In this document: in pieces, positions 12,965-24,466 of the stretch
Numbering within the stretch: the first letter of the stretch is position 1
How the letters are laid out: each line of letters opens with the position of its first letter
Assembly: GCF_036321535.1 (NCBI RefSeq)
Contig: NC_087437.1
Span: 54,252,001-54,316,000 of the forward strand
Length of the DNA: 64,000 bases
Direction: 5' to 3'
DNA from: Camelus dromedarius
Lineage: Eukaryota
Program-made: the position numbers and the translations under genes
Notes under the pieces: model-generated
Told to the model about the DNA's origin: nothing
Database searches by the model: none
Seen by the model: only the letters and a program-made list of their open reading frames with translations

Positions 12965-13080
12965 AGACACTGGGCTCTCAGGCGTGATTTAATTCCTCCC
13001 ACTTTGCAGATGTAGACATCTAAGGCCAGATCGGGGGACGGGACGTGGAATGCTTGCACAAGGTCACTTGGCAACTTACG
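12965..13080 (-). mobile_element. MIR SINE
   Basis: CCCACTTTGCAGATGTAGACATCTAAGGC...CTTGCACAAGGTCAC. Confidence 0.7.
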
Positions 13081-13089
13081 AAACAACAC

Positions 13090-13320
13090 AGTCGAGTGGA
13101 AAGGGGTGGCTCTGGGGTGGTAACCTGGCTCCAAATCCTAGCTCTGCTGCTTAGCAGCTAAGAGACCCCAGGTAAGTCACTTGACCCCCCTGAATATCAA
13201 TGTCCTAATCTGTAAAACTAGGGTGGGGTGGGAGTATAATTACATTGCCTGAATTACAAGATTTTTATGATAGTTAAATGAGATGAAAAAAAATCAAAGT
13301 GATTTGTAAACAGGAAGTCA
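13090..13320 (+). mobile_element. MIR SINE
   Basis: AATCCTAGCTCTGCTGCTTAGCAGCT...AAGTCACTTGACC...ATCTGTAAAA...TTAAATGAGAT. Confidence 0.8.
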
Positions 13321-13736
13321 TTATTCATACTTTAATGTTAGGATTAAATTAGAATAAAACACTCAACCTAATAACAACCATAGTGCACTTTTCTGAATGC
13401 CATTCACACGCCAAGTGCTTCACATACATCATTTCTTTTAATTCCTGCTGAGACCCAAGAAGGACTCTCACCAATAAACATATGCTTGGAGCAGGGTTTA
13501 AACCAGGTCATATGCACAGCAGGATTTAAATACAGTCTGTTACATGGTACTTTCAGTTCTACATCCAGAAACCTGGGCCTGGCTTTTACCCCTGGGCCAC
13601 ACTTGGCTCCCCACTTCTCTCACTCACCCCCTTACTAGTAAATGGGTGGCTCTTGGCTGTTGAGGGCAGGATGCTCTCCTCATCCTGGTTTGCCTCAGGA
13701 GGTATCCCAGGACTCGCACAAGGTTAAATATCAGTT

Positions 13737-13753
13737 ATAAATAAATAAATAGA

Positions 13754-13845
<92 letters not shown>
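13737..13845 (+). repeat. Compound tetranucleotide microsatellite (ATAA)n(ATAG)n(ACAG)n(ATAG)n
   Basis: Read directly from the sequence. Confidence 0.97.
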
Positions 13846-14389
13846 AATCAGATAAGAAGCGACCTGATAGAGAAATTCAGATTTCTTTAAAAAATAGCTT
13901 TATTGAGAGTAACTGGGTAGATAAGGGTCTTTGATTTCTGTGCAGAATCCACCAACTTCCAGCTAAGCCAGACAGAGGACAGGGATGGTCCACGACAATC
14001 AAGCCACATAGAAAACCTGAGTTTGTCAGGGATTTCAAACAAGGAGTTGAGTCCATAAGATACTATCCGGCCATTTGTAAAGAGCTCTTGCTGTTCGCTT
14101 CTGTAAACATGTTCTCTGTTAGCTTCTCAACCAGCTGCTTGATCTCCCCAGATATAATTTCAGGGCCTTCGCTAACAATTCCCCCATCCCACTTCTAGTT
14201 TCACACACTCCTTTGTTAAATGATAGGACTTTGCTGAAATTTTTTCAGTTTCTCTTCATGAGGGGACTTGTCTGTCAATAACCAACTGTGCTTTATTGCT
14301 AACACCCTTGGTGCAGAAATAACTGCCCCTTCTCCTGGGGTCTGAGACCCTTAATCTTCCTTGTGACAGTGCTGTGGGCTTTTTTTCTT

Positions 14390-14892
14390 TGGCAGACTGC
14401 ATTTCCTGAAGATGGCTGCAATAATCTCTCCTATACCATGTGCCCTTCTAGAAACCTGCCTCTCCTCCCATCAAAAGGTGGGATCTAAGTCTTCTTTTGA
14501 ATCTGAGTGGGGTTATGACTTGATGGTAATCATTTCAATACAGTGTAAGTGACAATGTATGATTTCTGAAGCTACATCACATACAGAGATGATGCCGTTT
14601 CCTCTTTGTTCACGTGGAGGCCTGAGTTGCCAAGGAAGCAGTCCAGCTGCCCTGAGACTGCCACGCTGTGTGGTCCCCACACAGAGGGGCCACATGGAGG
14701 GGTCCTGAGAGATGCTTGGCTTGCTCCCAGCTGCTCTGATACCCCCTCTCCAACTCTCCGAGCTCCAGCCACTGTCTGCAACAACACGAGAACCCCTAAG
14801 CCAGAAATACACAGCCCAGCTCCTCCCAAACTCCTCACCCACAGTTTAAACCACTACATTTATTAAGGTGCTTTGTTGCAACAATATTAACT
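14390..14892 (+). mobile_element. MLT1 (MaLR) solo LTR, MLT1H/G-like
   Basis: TGGCAGACTGCATTTCCTGAAGATGGCTGCAATAATCTCTCC...CCCATCAAAAGGTGGGATCTA...CCCTGAGACTGCCACGCTGTG...CCCAAACTCCTCACCCACA. Confidence 0.85.
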
Positions 14893-15184
14893 CCACGTGC
14901 CCCTTTCTCCATCCTGCTGCTGAATCTGGTTACTGTCAGCACATCTCTAGTATCCGGGAAAACATTCAACCACATGCCTTTCTCCCGCTATTTGCTAATA
15001 GCAATGCACACTGGTTCTCCTACCACATAAATGCCCTTAGAAAGATCTCAACATCTCAGACCTGGTTTCCCTGAACAGGAAAAGGGGAATAAGAGTTGTT
15101 TTCCAATAGAGGGCTCTACATATAATGATTTTTACTGTATTGTACAACACCTATTCCACATTCTTCTGGGAGAGATGACATATA

Positions 15185-15365
15185 CTATCTCATTTTAATC
15201 TTTACAACAACTTTGTGAGGCAGCTGGGAAGATGTCATGTCTCTTGTCAGTTGAGAAAAATGATATCCTAAGAGCTTGAATGACTTAGGTAGGTTCAAAG
15301 AGTAGTTGGTCCAATTGGAACCAGAGTCCAGATCTTCTGCTTTCTGGAAACCTGGACCTGGTCTG
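15185..15365 (-). mobile_element. MIR SINE
   Basis: ATCTCATTTTAATCTTTACAACAACTTTGTGAGG...GAACCAGAGTCCAGATCTTCTG. Confidence 0.75.
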
Positions 15366-16269
15366 CACAATCCCATGAAATAGCAGGGATTCTTAACCAG
15401 CATTAGTTTCCTCTCCATTTATAGCCTATCTTTCTTCCCTAAGGATCTACTTCATTTCGCTTACTGCCCCGACCAATCCTCTCTCCATCTTCAGTGCTAC
15501 CAATTTGGTGGAGACTCAGTCTATCACATCTTTATAGAGTCCCCTTGGATCATCACTCCCAAAGAAACATGTGGTGCACCCTCTGGTGAAGGGGTGCTGG
15601 ATTGTTTTGAGTTCTCCATGAATGAACAAAAGGTGACGTTTCAGACAGCCTAAGCCAGAATCCATTTAGAGCTTCCCTCACTAACCTCATATACTTGGGA
15701 TTTCAACCAAGCCAATCTAACTAATCTCCTAGAAGTGAGAAATCCAGACCTGGGGGGTTATCTAGCCCACTCCTGATTGGCCCACAAGTGCACACTGAAA
15801 TAATAGCCACCTTGGGTCTTGACATCCATATTGTGCCTTCAAAGCCATTACTTGTTTTACTCCTTGCACTGGGCACAGGGAAAGATGTTGCAAAACCTCT
15901 GCTCACCACTTTCAGTGAGTGCTGGTCATCACAAAGCAGAACCTGACAAAGAGTCAAAGAAGGCACTTCAGCCTCTTATGGGAAAGCCATGGGCCTCAAC
16001 ACACTCAGAACCTCAGGAAATACACCTGAGAAGTAGCAACTCTAGGGTCCAAGGAAGAAGGCTCTGGAGTGTCGTTCAGGTCTCTTGCATTTGCTAGGAC
16101 TTAGAACATGCTGAGGTAGTTTCAAAGGGAAGGGTCAAAGCTAGTTATCTAGTGAGCCTAAATTTTTGAAGTGACAGGGGCACTAAATAAATATATGACT
16201 TCGGGGCAATTGATTCCTCTCATGTTCCCTCTTTTGTAAAGGCATGAACTAGAAGTGGCCTGGAAAGCC

Positions 16270-16455
16270 AGCTCTAGCACATTCTACTGTGATGTTCTGG
16301 AAAGTTACTTAATCTTTCTGAGCCCACAGCTTCCACATCTGTAAAATGGGAATAAGAGCTACATAACAGAATTGCAGTGAGAATCAAATTAGACACTGTG
16401 TGTGGAAGAGTATATGGTCTTGCCTCTTGAATTAAGTGGTTGATAAATGTTATTT
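16270..16455 (+). mobile_element. MIR SINE
   Basis: AAGTTACTTAATCTTTCTGAGCC...CATCTGTAAAATGGGAATAA...ATAAATGTTATT. Confidence 0.85.
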
Positions 16456-17089
16456 CCTTTCCACCACCTCCTTTGCCTTGCATTCTAATAGTCTCTGCTC
16501 TCTGACCAAATTTACCAGACTACTGCTTGATTTCTTCTGATCCTAATCAAGTCAGAGAAGGTTAGTGAGGTCGTGGTGCATAAACCATTCTGATGGTCGA
16601 GAGTGAGTTTTAGGTAAATTGTGGTTTTAATGTTTGAGAAAGAGCCCGTAACTAGTGGGGGTTTCCATTTTTCTGTGGCAAGACACACAAGCACAGGTCT
16701 GCAGTAACACACAGCTTTTCTGCTCTCGGCAGTCTTGTGGCTGAAAGATGTTTTAAAAGCTCTTGTTTTCAGATGACCCTATTACTGATCAGTAAAGTGT
16801 CATTTCTATTTTAGGTCCACAAAGAGAAAGGCAAGTGAAATTTGCCCCACCTCATCATCTCCAAATGGGCAACATTACCGAATAATATTTAAGGTCCTCA
16901 CAACATCTGTTTTTTTAAAACATATTTTTAGGTTTGAATTGAAAATGCAAGTTCATGGACATGCCGGACACCCAAAATCCAATGCCTAACTGGATATTCT
17001 CCCTACAAAATGAATCAGAGGGTTTGTTACTTGCCACAACATATATGTTGAGTGAAGAAAAGATTAAGCTGGAAAATCCTGTGTCTAAA

Positions 17090-17300
17090 ATAATGATGAT
17101 GATAGTGAGAAGTTTACCCATAAAGAGCATTTTATAAGTGGCAAAGAGTTTTCATTGCCAACATTTCTCTTAAGTCCCCCAGCTACCTTGTGAGGTAGAT
17201 GTGGAAGCAAATTTTATCCCCAAATGATAGATGAGAAAATAGAGAGTCTGAGTGTTTAAGTGACTTACCCACAGTCAAGCTACATTTCCTGAGAAACAGT
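17090..17300 (-). mobile_element. MIR SINE
   Basis: CCTTGTGAGGTAGAT...ATAGATGAGAAAA...TTAAGTGACTTACCCACAGTCA. Confidence 0.75.
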
Positions 17301-17528
17301 GCACCAGGAAGGTCTCTGGTCAACTTGACTTGAGACACGGAGCTGAGGAGTGCATCACTTGCAAATCCCAGTAATGCGTGAGCTCCATGATGGTCCATCC
17401 AAGAAGGGAAGCAGGTGGAGGGGCACTTGGGCACTGCCCACCAGCCTATTAAGAAGCTGGGTTCATAGTGAGAGGAAGAAAATGGGAGACCCAGTGCTTG
17501 AGGACCCGGGAGCTCCAGGGAAAGTTGG

Positions 17529-18010
17529 TGTATGAGTTTTCTCCTGCTATTGTAACAAATTACCACCAACTGATGGCTTACAACAACACAAAGCTATTCT
17601 CTTACAGTTCGGGAAGCCAGAAGTCCAGAATTAGTTTTTCTGGGCTTTAAAGTCAAGGAAAGCTTTAAAGTCAAAGAAAAGGGCGGGTTCCTTCGGGAGG
17701 TTCTATAGGAGAATTTGTTTCCTTGCATTTTTCAGCTTCTAGAGACTGCTTGTATTCTTTGACTTGGCCATCTTCAAAGGCCATCATTCCAATTTCTGCT
17801 TCTATTGTCCCATAGCCATCTCTCTGACTCTGATTCTCCCACATACTTCTTAAAAAGAGCTTTGTGATTACACTGAGCCCATCTGGATAATCTAGTATAA
17901 TCTCTCCCCATCCCAAATTCCTTAACTTAATCACATCTACAAAGTCCCTTTATCATGTAAGGTAACATAGTCACACATTCCTGGGATTAAGATATGGGCA
18001 GCTTTTACAG
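17529..18010 (-). mobile_element. MLT1 (MaLR) solo LTR, MLT1C/D-like
   Basis: TGTATGAGTTTTCT...TGTAACAAATTACCACCAACT...TTCTCTTACAGTTC...TTCAGCTTCTAGAG...CCTTAACTTAATCACATCT...TAAGGTAACAT. Small internal tandem duplication of GCTTTAAAGTCAA at ~17644-17680. Confidence 0.9.
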
Positions 18011-18319
18011 GTGACAAGGTGTCAGGTGGACGGTGGCAGCCGTTTTTTTTTTGTTTGTTTTTTTTGCTGCTAAATGCATCACTTGCATGGCTGTGTTTGC
18101 CTGCCTGAAAGCCACCTTGTCGCTGCCACCTGGCGTGTAGAGGCCAAAATAGAATCCGTATCTTTTGATTCCAAGTGAAGTGCTCTTTCAGGCACATCAC
18201 ACCCGCCATCTCAAAACTATATTTACATTCCTTCTTTTGCAAATAGCTCACCGTGGTATAGATGGTAATTAATATTTGCATACTGCCTTAGAGGCTATAA
18301 TGTCCTTTTCTATTTACAT

Positions 18320-18465
18320 GAAGTCATTTAAATCCCTACAATAACCCTCTGAGACAGTTATTATTAACACATTTTACATATGAAGAAGCTAAGGCTAGGA
18401 GGGGTGAAGTGATTTGTCCAAGGTCACCCAGCTGGTAAGGGCAAGACCACAATGCAAATCCAAAA
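18320..18465 (-). mobile_element. MIR SINE
   Basis: CATTTTACATATGAAGAAGCTAAGGCT...GTGATTTGTCCAAGGTCACCCAGCTGGTAAG. Confidence 0.85.
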
Positions 18466-18949
18466 AGTTCCACCGTGCGCCGTTCTAAATAATGAATCCA
18501 CATTCAAGTTCACTTTGCTAGAGGTGGTCGTTTATCTTTTGGGGATACTCTGAAGGTGACTGGGATCCCCAGGATGTTTCTGAGAGAAAATGAGTCAATA
18601 AATGTGAAAGTGCTTTGTAGCAGTATGACTCACGACTCCAGAAAGTCATTGATAGTGTTATCATCATCGTCACCACCATCACCATCATCAACTGCCCCGG
18701 AGACCAAGGGAAGTCAAATGGGTCAACAGCTCTAATTGCTGTGTTTAAAACACTGACCCCCATTGTCCCGCAGTCCCTGGGGATGGTGGCTCAGGGTTCT
18801 GTGGTTTCTTGGCCACTTCGCAGGTGTGACTGGTGGGAGCAGAGCTCTGAGTGGAGAAGCCAAGGTCCTATGCCCTTGTAGATAGACAGGGTGACCTCTT
18901 GCTCCATGAAGTAGGGGTTTCCATAAAATTTCACTGTGTGTGAAAGGAC

Positions 18950-18983
18950 AGTGACCCTTCCAGGTGCGTGGCGATATTTTATA
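18950..18983 (-). promoter_or_regulatory. Candidate core promoter: TATA box at -31 plus Inr
   Basis: Minus-strand TATAAAA at 18983-18977; GTCACT (BBCABW) with +1 A at 18952. Motif evidence only. Confidence 0.3.
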
Positions 18984-18984
18984 G

Positions 18985-19074
18985 CTTTTACTTTCTTCTT
19001 TTTTTTTTTTTAATTTCCTTCTTCTTCTTTTTTTTTTTTTTTATTTTCTTCCTCTTTTTTTTTTTTTTTTTTTT
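18985..19074 (+). repeat. Poly(T)/TTC low-complexity tract
   Basis: About 90 bp of nearly pure pyrimidine with long T runs. Confidence 0.95.
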
Positions 19075-19999
19075 AAATGAGACCATTTGCTCTGTATTTC
19101 AAGTATGTCTAATTTGGTGGGAAGGAGGGGGCTGGGAGATAATTGGTGGGGACAAGAGAGTTAGACCTGGCAATTATCTGGTAAGTGGAACTCCGCTTCA
19201 CTTCCACACCTCATTTTTTTAAATGAGCAGCTCCAAGCTTCTGAAATTTGCACTTTCAAAACCAGACCAGAGGACTACTGAGAAGGAATAACCCCGACGT
19301 CCTCCCAGTGTGGTGAGCAGTCAGCCGGCCCCCACCTCATTTGAGTGAGACCGCCAAGAGCCTTCACGTGGTGCTTGGGCCACAGGACCACAATTAGGAA
19401 GCGTTCTCTTCCCCTCACAACGGCTGCCTTAGCCAGGCAGTGAGGACGGAAGAGAGGCAGGTGCATTCAAATCATCCTGGTTTGACCAAGGGAAATGAAG
19501 CACTAAAACAGCTTTGTCCCATAATGAGTCAGGATGGGGGCTGGGAGGGGGGCGCCCAGAGCCCTCTGACCCTTCTTGGGAACTAGTCCTGCTTATGGTT
19601 GCTCAGCCCTGTGAACCCAGTGTCTGGTGTGAGTCTCAGTTCTCAGGCTCCATTCTATGGAACTGGAGGCAACACACTGCCTGGGGTCTCTCTGACCAGT
19701 TGGTCCCACCTGTAAACATAGTTGCTTATCAGACAGTGTGTCCCCATCTCCAACCCATGCCCCTTCTGCCTGCTCCAACCCTATCCATGCTTCATGCCTA
19801 TGTCCCACCGCTTCTAAGAAGACTTCCCTCATGCCTCTGCTAAATCTAGTCACCTCCTCTTCCTCAGAACTGTCTTTATGCCTTCTCTCAGGTATTTATA
19901 GATATCATTTTTAAATGAAAATAATTTCTCATCTATTAAGTCAGACACCCTGCCAAGCACTTTTACACTTGCTGTTTAATTTGCTGTTTAGCTCCACCT

Positions 20000-20100
20000 A
20001 ATATTAGACGGAAACTCCTTGAAGACAGATACCGTGTCTGACTCATCGCTCCATGCCCTGCCAGGCACTATGCGTTCAATAAATAGTTACTGGGTTGATC
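20000..20100 (+). mobile_element. L2 3' end
   Basis: TAGACGGAAACTCCTTGAAGACAG...CAGGCAC...TTCAATAAATAGTT. Confidence 0.75.
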
Positions 20101-20379
20101 ATTTTAAAAAATTATTTGAAAAACATGTAAATTAGTAGAGACATTGAAGAGACTTTGAAGTCAGTGTGGAGTGACCCTTTTGTCCAAGTCCCACTCAAGG
20201 AAGCCAGGGTGACTTTAGTGAGAGCCTGCCCTCAGGGAGTCTCTGCCTGCCTAAGGGACTCTGGCCTGGGAAGGGCCATAGAATACACTCATGTCCTACC
20301 TGGGGGCTTCATCTAGTTCTGCCCCACAGATCTCCCTGGGGACACTCCCTTGGTTTGAGAGTTCTGAGTACCATCGATA

Positions 20380-21345
20380 ACCTGAGGTCTCCTGATTCTC
20401 TATCTCCATTCCCCTCTTCTCTCCCAACCACCACATTGTCTTCCCAGTTGCACCTCACATCTCCAGTGGGGGGGTGCAGAAGCTTAAAACAGTGTGCTCA
20501 AGAGAGAATTCCCTTTCCCCCACCCCTCACCTGAGCATTACTGAACCTGCTCCTTTGTGTTCAGCCCTGGTTATGAGCATCACGTTCAGTCCACCTCTAG
20601 AGCTAGAAATCACAGGCTCATTTTAGGACACTTCTTTCCCTTGCCCTCCATGTGCTAGTCATCACCCCCTAGGAGCTTAACTCCAGAATCTAATTTCTCT
20701 CATCCATCCTGCCTCCACCCACAATGCCTTGACTCAAGCCCTCATTAGTTTTCAGCAGGACCACTGCAACATCTGTTCTCTGCCCTCCACATCTCCTTGG
20801 GTTATCTTCTTAAACAGCAAATCTAACCAAGACATGCTCTCACTTAGGAATCCCTGTTGTTGATCCACTGCCCATAGAATTGAGGCAAAATTACTTGATG
20901 AGGGCACAGAACACCCTTCCTGATCTCATCCCAGACTTCATCTCCTGCCTCCTCACTCCATGGAGTGGCCCTGAATTTCTGACCCCAACATACTGATGTC
21001 TTTCACAATGTTGTATCTCTTCCCTTCTCTGTTTGGAAAACTCAGTCATATTTCATGACCCAACTCGTATTTCACTACCTCTGTGAGGTCACCCCCTTAT
21101 TCCTTCCAGGCAGAACTATGTGCTCTGTCCTGATCTCCCACAGCCCTTGTTTATATCTCCCTAATAACACTTGCCACACTGTACTGTAATTTTCCTGTTT
21201 AAGCATCAGTCACTTCATTATAATATACGATCCAGGAGGTTAAGAACCTGTACCTGTTAACTTTTTATATCCCCAGGGTGTAGCCCAAGATCTGCTCATA
21301 GTTGGCCTTCAGAAAAATACGAATTGAATAAATCACTGAATATAT
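20380..21345 (+). mobile_element. L2 LINE, ~1 kb 3' portion
   Basis: Collinear L2 motifs (CAAGCCCTCATT, CACTACCTCTGTGAG, CACTTGCCACACTGTACTGTAATT, ATATCCCCAG) ending GAATTGAATAAAT. Confidence 0.85.
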
Positions 21346-21429
21346 TCAAAGGTTCTCTATGTGAAAGGGAGCATTACCAAGGTGAACTTGGCTCTGGATA
21401 TCAGTCCCAGCTCTGCTGTCAATGGTTAA

Positions 21430-21665
21430 AAGGAAGATGGACTTTGCAGTCAGATGTACTGGTGTTCAAATCCCTCCTCTACAACTTGCTAATTGTGTGA
21501 TCTCAGGCAAGCAACTCCCAACTCGATGCCTTAGTTTTCTCATCTCCAAATGGAGATAATAACTACCTCATTGCGTTGTCATGGGTTATATAAGAAGCTG
21601 AATATGTCAAGTGTGAAGTGTGTAGCACACGGTCTGGTGCCCAACAAGCAGCCATGATGATTACC
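21430..21665 (+). mobile_element. MIR SINE, near full length
   Basis: GGACTTTGCAGTCAGA...GTTCAAATCC...TGTGTGATCTCAGGCAAG...AGTTTTCTCATCTCCAAATGGAGATAATAACTACCTCA. Confidence 0.9.
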
Positions 21666-22579
21666 ATGAATTAACTGTATGGCCCTGGGCCAGCCCCTTC
21701 CTCTCCCTGAGCCTCCCTGGAAACTTCCTGTAGAAAATGAAGGTTTAGACTGGTGTCCCTGAGGTTCCCTCATGTTCCATCAGTGTAAGGATTTACTGCA
21801 GTTCAAATTTGTGGCATCACTTGATTCAGCCCTGAAACTTGGCCTCCCCGGTAAGATGAATTCTAATAGTTTCTTGGGCATAAGCTTTGTTCACTGCAGC
21901 CAGAGTCAAATTTATCATATTCATATTGGAGCTCTCAAGGGCACAAACCAGAGCCTTTGCTCTCCTGAAGTATCTGGCTCAGGGCTGAGTGCAGAGAAGC
22001 AGAGCAAGGAGGGGTTCTGTCCCTGTGGGGTCAGCACGGATAACAAGCACAGGCCAGTGCAGGGTCCCAGTCACATAATGTGCTTCTCACTTACATGACT
22101 TTTTAAACTTATTTCGCAATCCTGTGTTTATTCCCCGGCTCCTTCTTATTAATGTCCTATTAACATCTTAATTTGAATTGTGGCCACTGCGTTTCTATTT
22201 AAATTTCTTCCGATTCTCCCAGACAGGAGGTGTCTTCCTTCCACATTTGCACATTTAAAATTTATTTTTGACATCTTAACGTGATTATTTTTGTTCTTGT
22301 AAAGTAATGGAGTAACAAAGAAAAAAAAAATCTCGTTGGGTTTCTTTCCCCCAACAATAAAAACAGGGAAAATAGCCAATTCTTTGGAAACCAGTTGTTT
22401 GGAGTAACATTTGAGTTCTCACTGAGTGAAATAATTAGGCACTTCTAAAGAATAAAGCCGCAAAGCACTGTGGGAAAACAGCACACTCAGGCCATTCAGC
22501 AGACCTTGGGCAGCCTTCCCGCTCCCAGGCAATAAATATCTCCAGAGGGTCACCCGGCTAGGGGAAGGGACACGAGCCC

Positions 22580-22780
22580 CTGGGGTCAGTCAGACCTGGA
22601 TTTAACCTCATGCCTCCCACTTGCCAGTTATAAGCTTCAGGCAATTTCTTCAGTTCTATGAGGCTCAGTTTCCCCATGTAGAATGAAGAAAATAATAGTA
22701 CATACCTCGTGGTGATGTTAAGAGAATTAAAAAAATAACAACGTATATAAACACATAGTGGATAACAATAAATAGAAATT
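22580..22780 (+). mobile_element. MIR SINE
   Basis: GTCAGACCTGGATTTAA...CTCAGTTTCCCCATGTAGAATGAAGAAAATAATAGTAC. Confidence 0.85.
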
Positions 22781-24282
22781 CTCATCTATGGTGAGAGCAT
22801 GGTGCCACTGGAACCAAGCTATTTATCTTTTTACCCTACCTTGTTCCACAGAGGAATTAAGACAGTTTGCACTGATGCTTCCAATACACCAAAGTGAAAT
22901 TAATGCATTTTTTAAAAAAGGGGAAAAGAAAGTGAGGCAAGGTAAAGTAATGGCAACAGAGTAGCAAGTAGGACTCAAGAAAGCAGGTTGATTTGCAAAA
23001 TGCACACAGATTCCCGTGGTCATGATACAGGGATGTGACGAGTTTCAGCAGCGGTGAGGTAAACTGCCATTCAAGAGGAGACCAGCTCTTCCTGAGTGAG
23101 AAACCAAAAAGAAGGATTTTCTTACAGCCAATGAGCACCAGGAGAAAAAACACCTACTTTCCCTCCTCCCCCCAGCAAGTTTTTCACTGTGTGACCCTGT
23201 ACAAATCACGTCACCCCTCTGGGCTTCCATCTCCTCATCTGTACACACTGAAGCCTGGATGAAATGAATTCCAAGGTCTTTCTGGCCCAGACATTTTATG
23301 ACTTGATTCTGTTCTGCAAAATGTCTACAGCTTTCTCCTCCAAGCATTTGCAAATTATGTGACATTCTCGTTGAAATTTATCCATCTACTCTAACGGAAA
23401 GAGTTCTTCATTTTGTAGATTTATTTCTCATTAGCCCTGTCATGGGCCTCACAACAGAATCTAGGGAACCAACATTCTCAGCGTAAGAATCACCTGTTAC
23501 TTAGGTTAACTTTACAATGGCACCATGAAAAGCAATTAATACTAACTTGGGCAGATCTGGATTTATTCAGAGTAAAGGTATCGTATTCTCAGCCTTCTCT
23601 TCTCCAGTCTCAAGTTCTAATTCTGTCCACTTTTCATAGTATATGTGACATAATTTTCTTCATAATTTCGTTTGTTCTCATTGGGAATGTCGAAGAGTCT
23701 TGAGTAGCAAAGAGACAGGGAGCAGCCGATGAAGAGACTAGGTATTCTGCTCATGAGAGTCAGTTGCTCAGAACATGACTCTGGTCTGGCTCTTAAGCCA
23801 TAGATTGACGTTCTGGTTTATAACAGGGACTCAACTGAACTGGCTTTGATTTGGGTGGGAGGATTGGATGGAGAGGAGAGAGATCTTGGACACTAGGAAA
23901 AGTCTCTTTAACATCTGTCTCATCCACCACTTCCTTTGCATCTCCTATGAGCCTGCCCTCCTACAGATCCCTCAGCAGGAAAATCTGTGTCCTTCACCTG
24001 TCACTGTTCGTCCCATTACTTACTTCACATGCCCTGCATTCCTCCGGATTCTGTGTGCTCTCACTCATGGTTGTCCCTCAGAAAGGGTAAGTAACTCATC
24101 CAGGAACACACAGCCACTAAAGGACAGAGCTGAAGTTCGAATTCCAATCTGCATCAAAGCCAGCCACTTAATCCTCACTGTTAAACTGAATCTCTGATAG
24201 AATTTTATAGTAAAGTCTTCTATGAAAACTTTCTCAATTTTTCTATTAATATATCTTTTGTGTGTGTGTGTGTGTGTATATT

Positions 24283-24466
24283 TCTCAATCCTTCAAATAT
24301 GTGCTTTGCACATTAGAATGACCTGAGAATTTTTTAAAACTTCCAAAGCTGAGGACACACACCAAACAAGTTAAATCAGAACCTCCTTGGAAATGGGATA
24401 GAGTCCTCAATAGTTTCTCAAGCTCCCCAGGAAAGCCAGTGTGCAGACAAGTTTTTATCACCGCTG
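24283..24466. mobile_element. MER5-family hAT-Charlie MITE, preceded by (TG)n at 24260-24277
   Basis: TGCACATTAGAATGACCTGAG...TTAAATCAGAACCTC...AAGCTCCCCAGG...TGTGCAG...CACCGCTG. Confidence 0.75.

Noticed and set aside
13169..13177. Perfect donor CAG|GTAAGT (also AAG|GTAAGT at 58482-58490)
   Set aside because: Both lie inside MIRs with no convincing acceptor, and such motifs occur by chance in 64 kb.
11480..13320. Adjacent inverted MIR pairs as dsRNA hairpins
   Set aside because: The copies are too diverged to pair extensively, and such pairs are expected at this MIR density.
18968..19222. Phe-rich ORF resembling a signal or transmembrane peptide
   Set aside because: Poly-T artefact.
22030..22046. 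REST/NRSE-like TCAGCACGGATAA (and AAGCACCATGGACCG at ~5276)
   Set aside because: Wrong spacing or mismatches at key positions; the second lies within an L1 relic.
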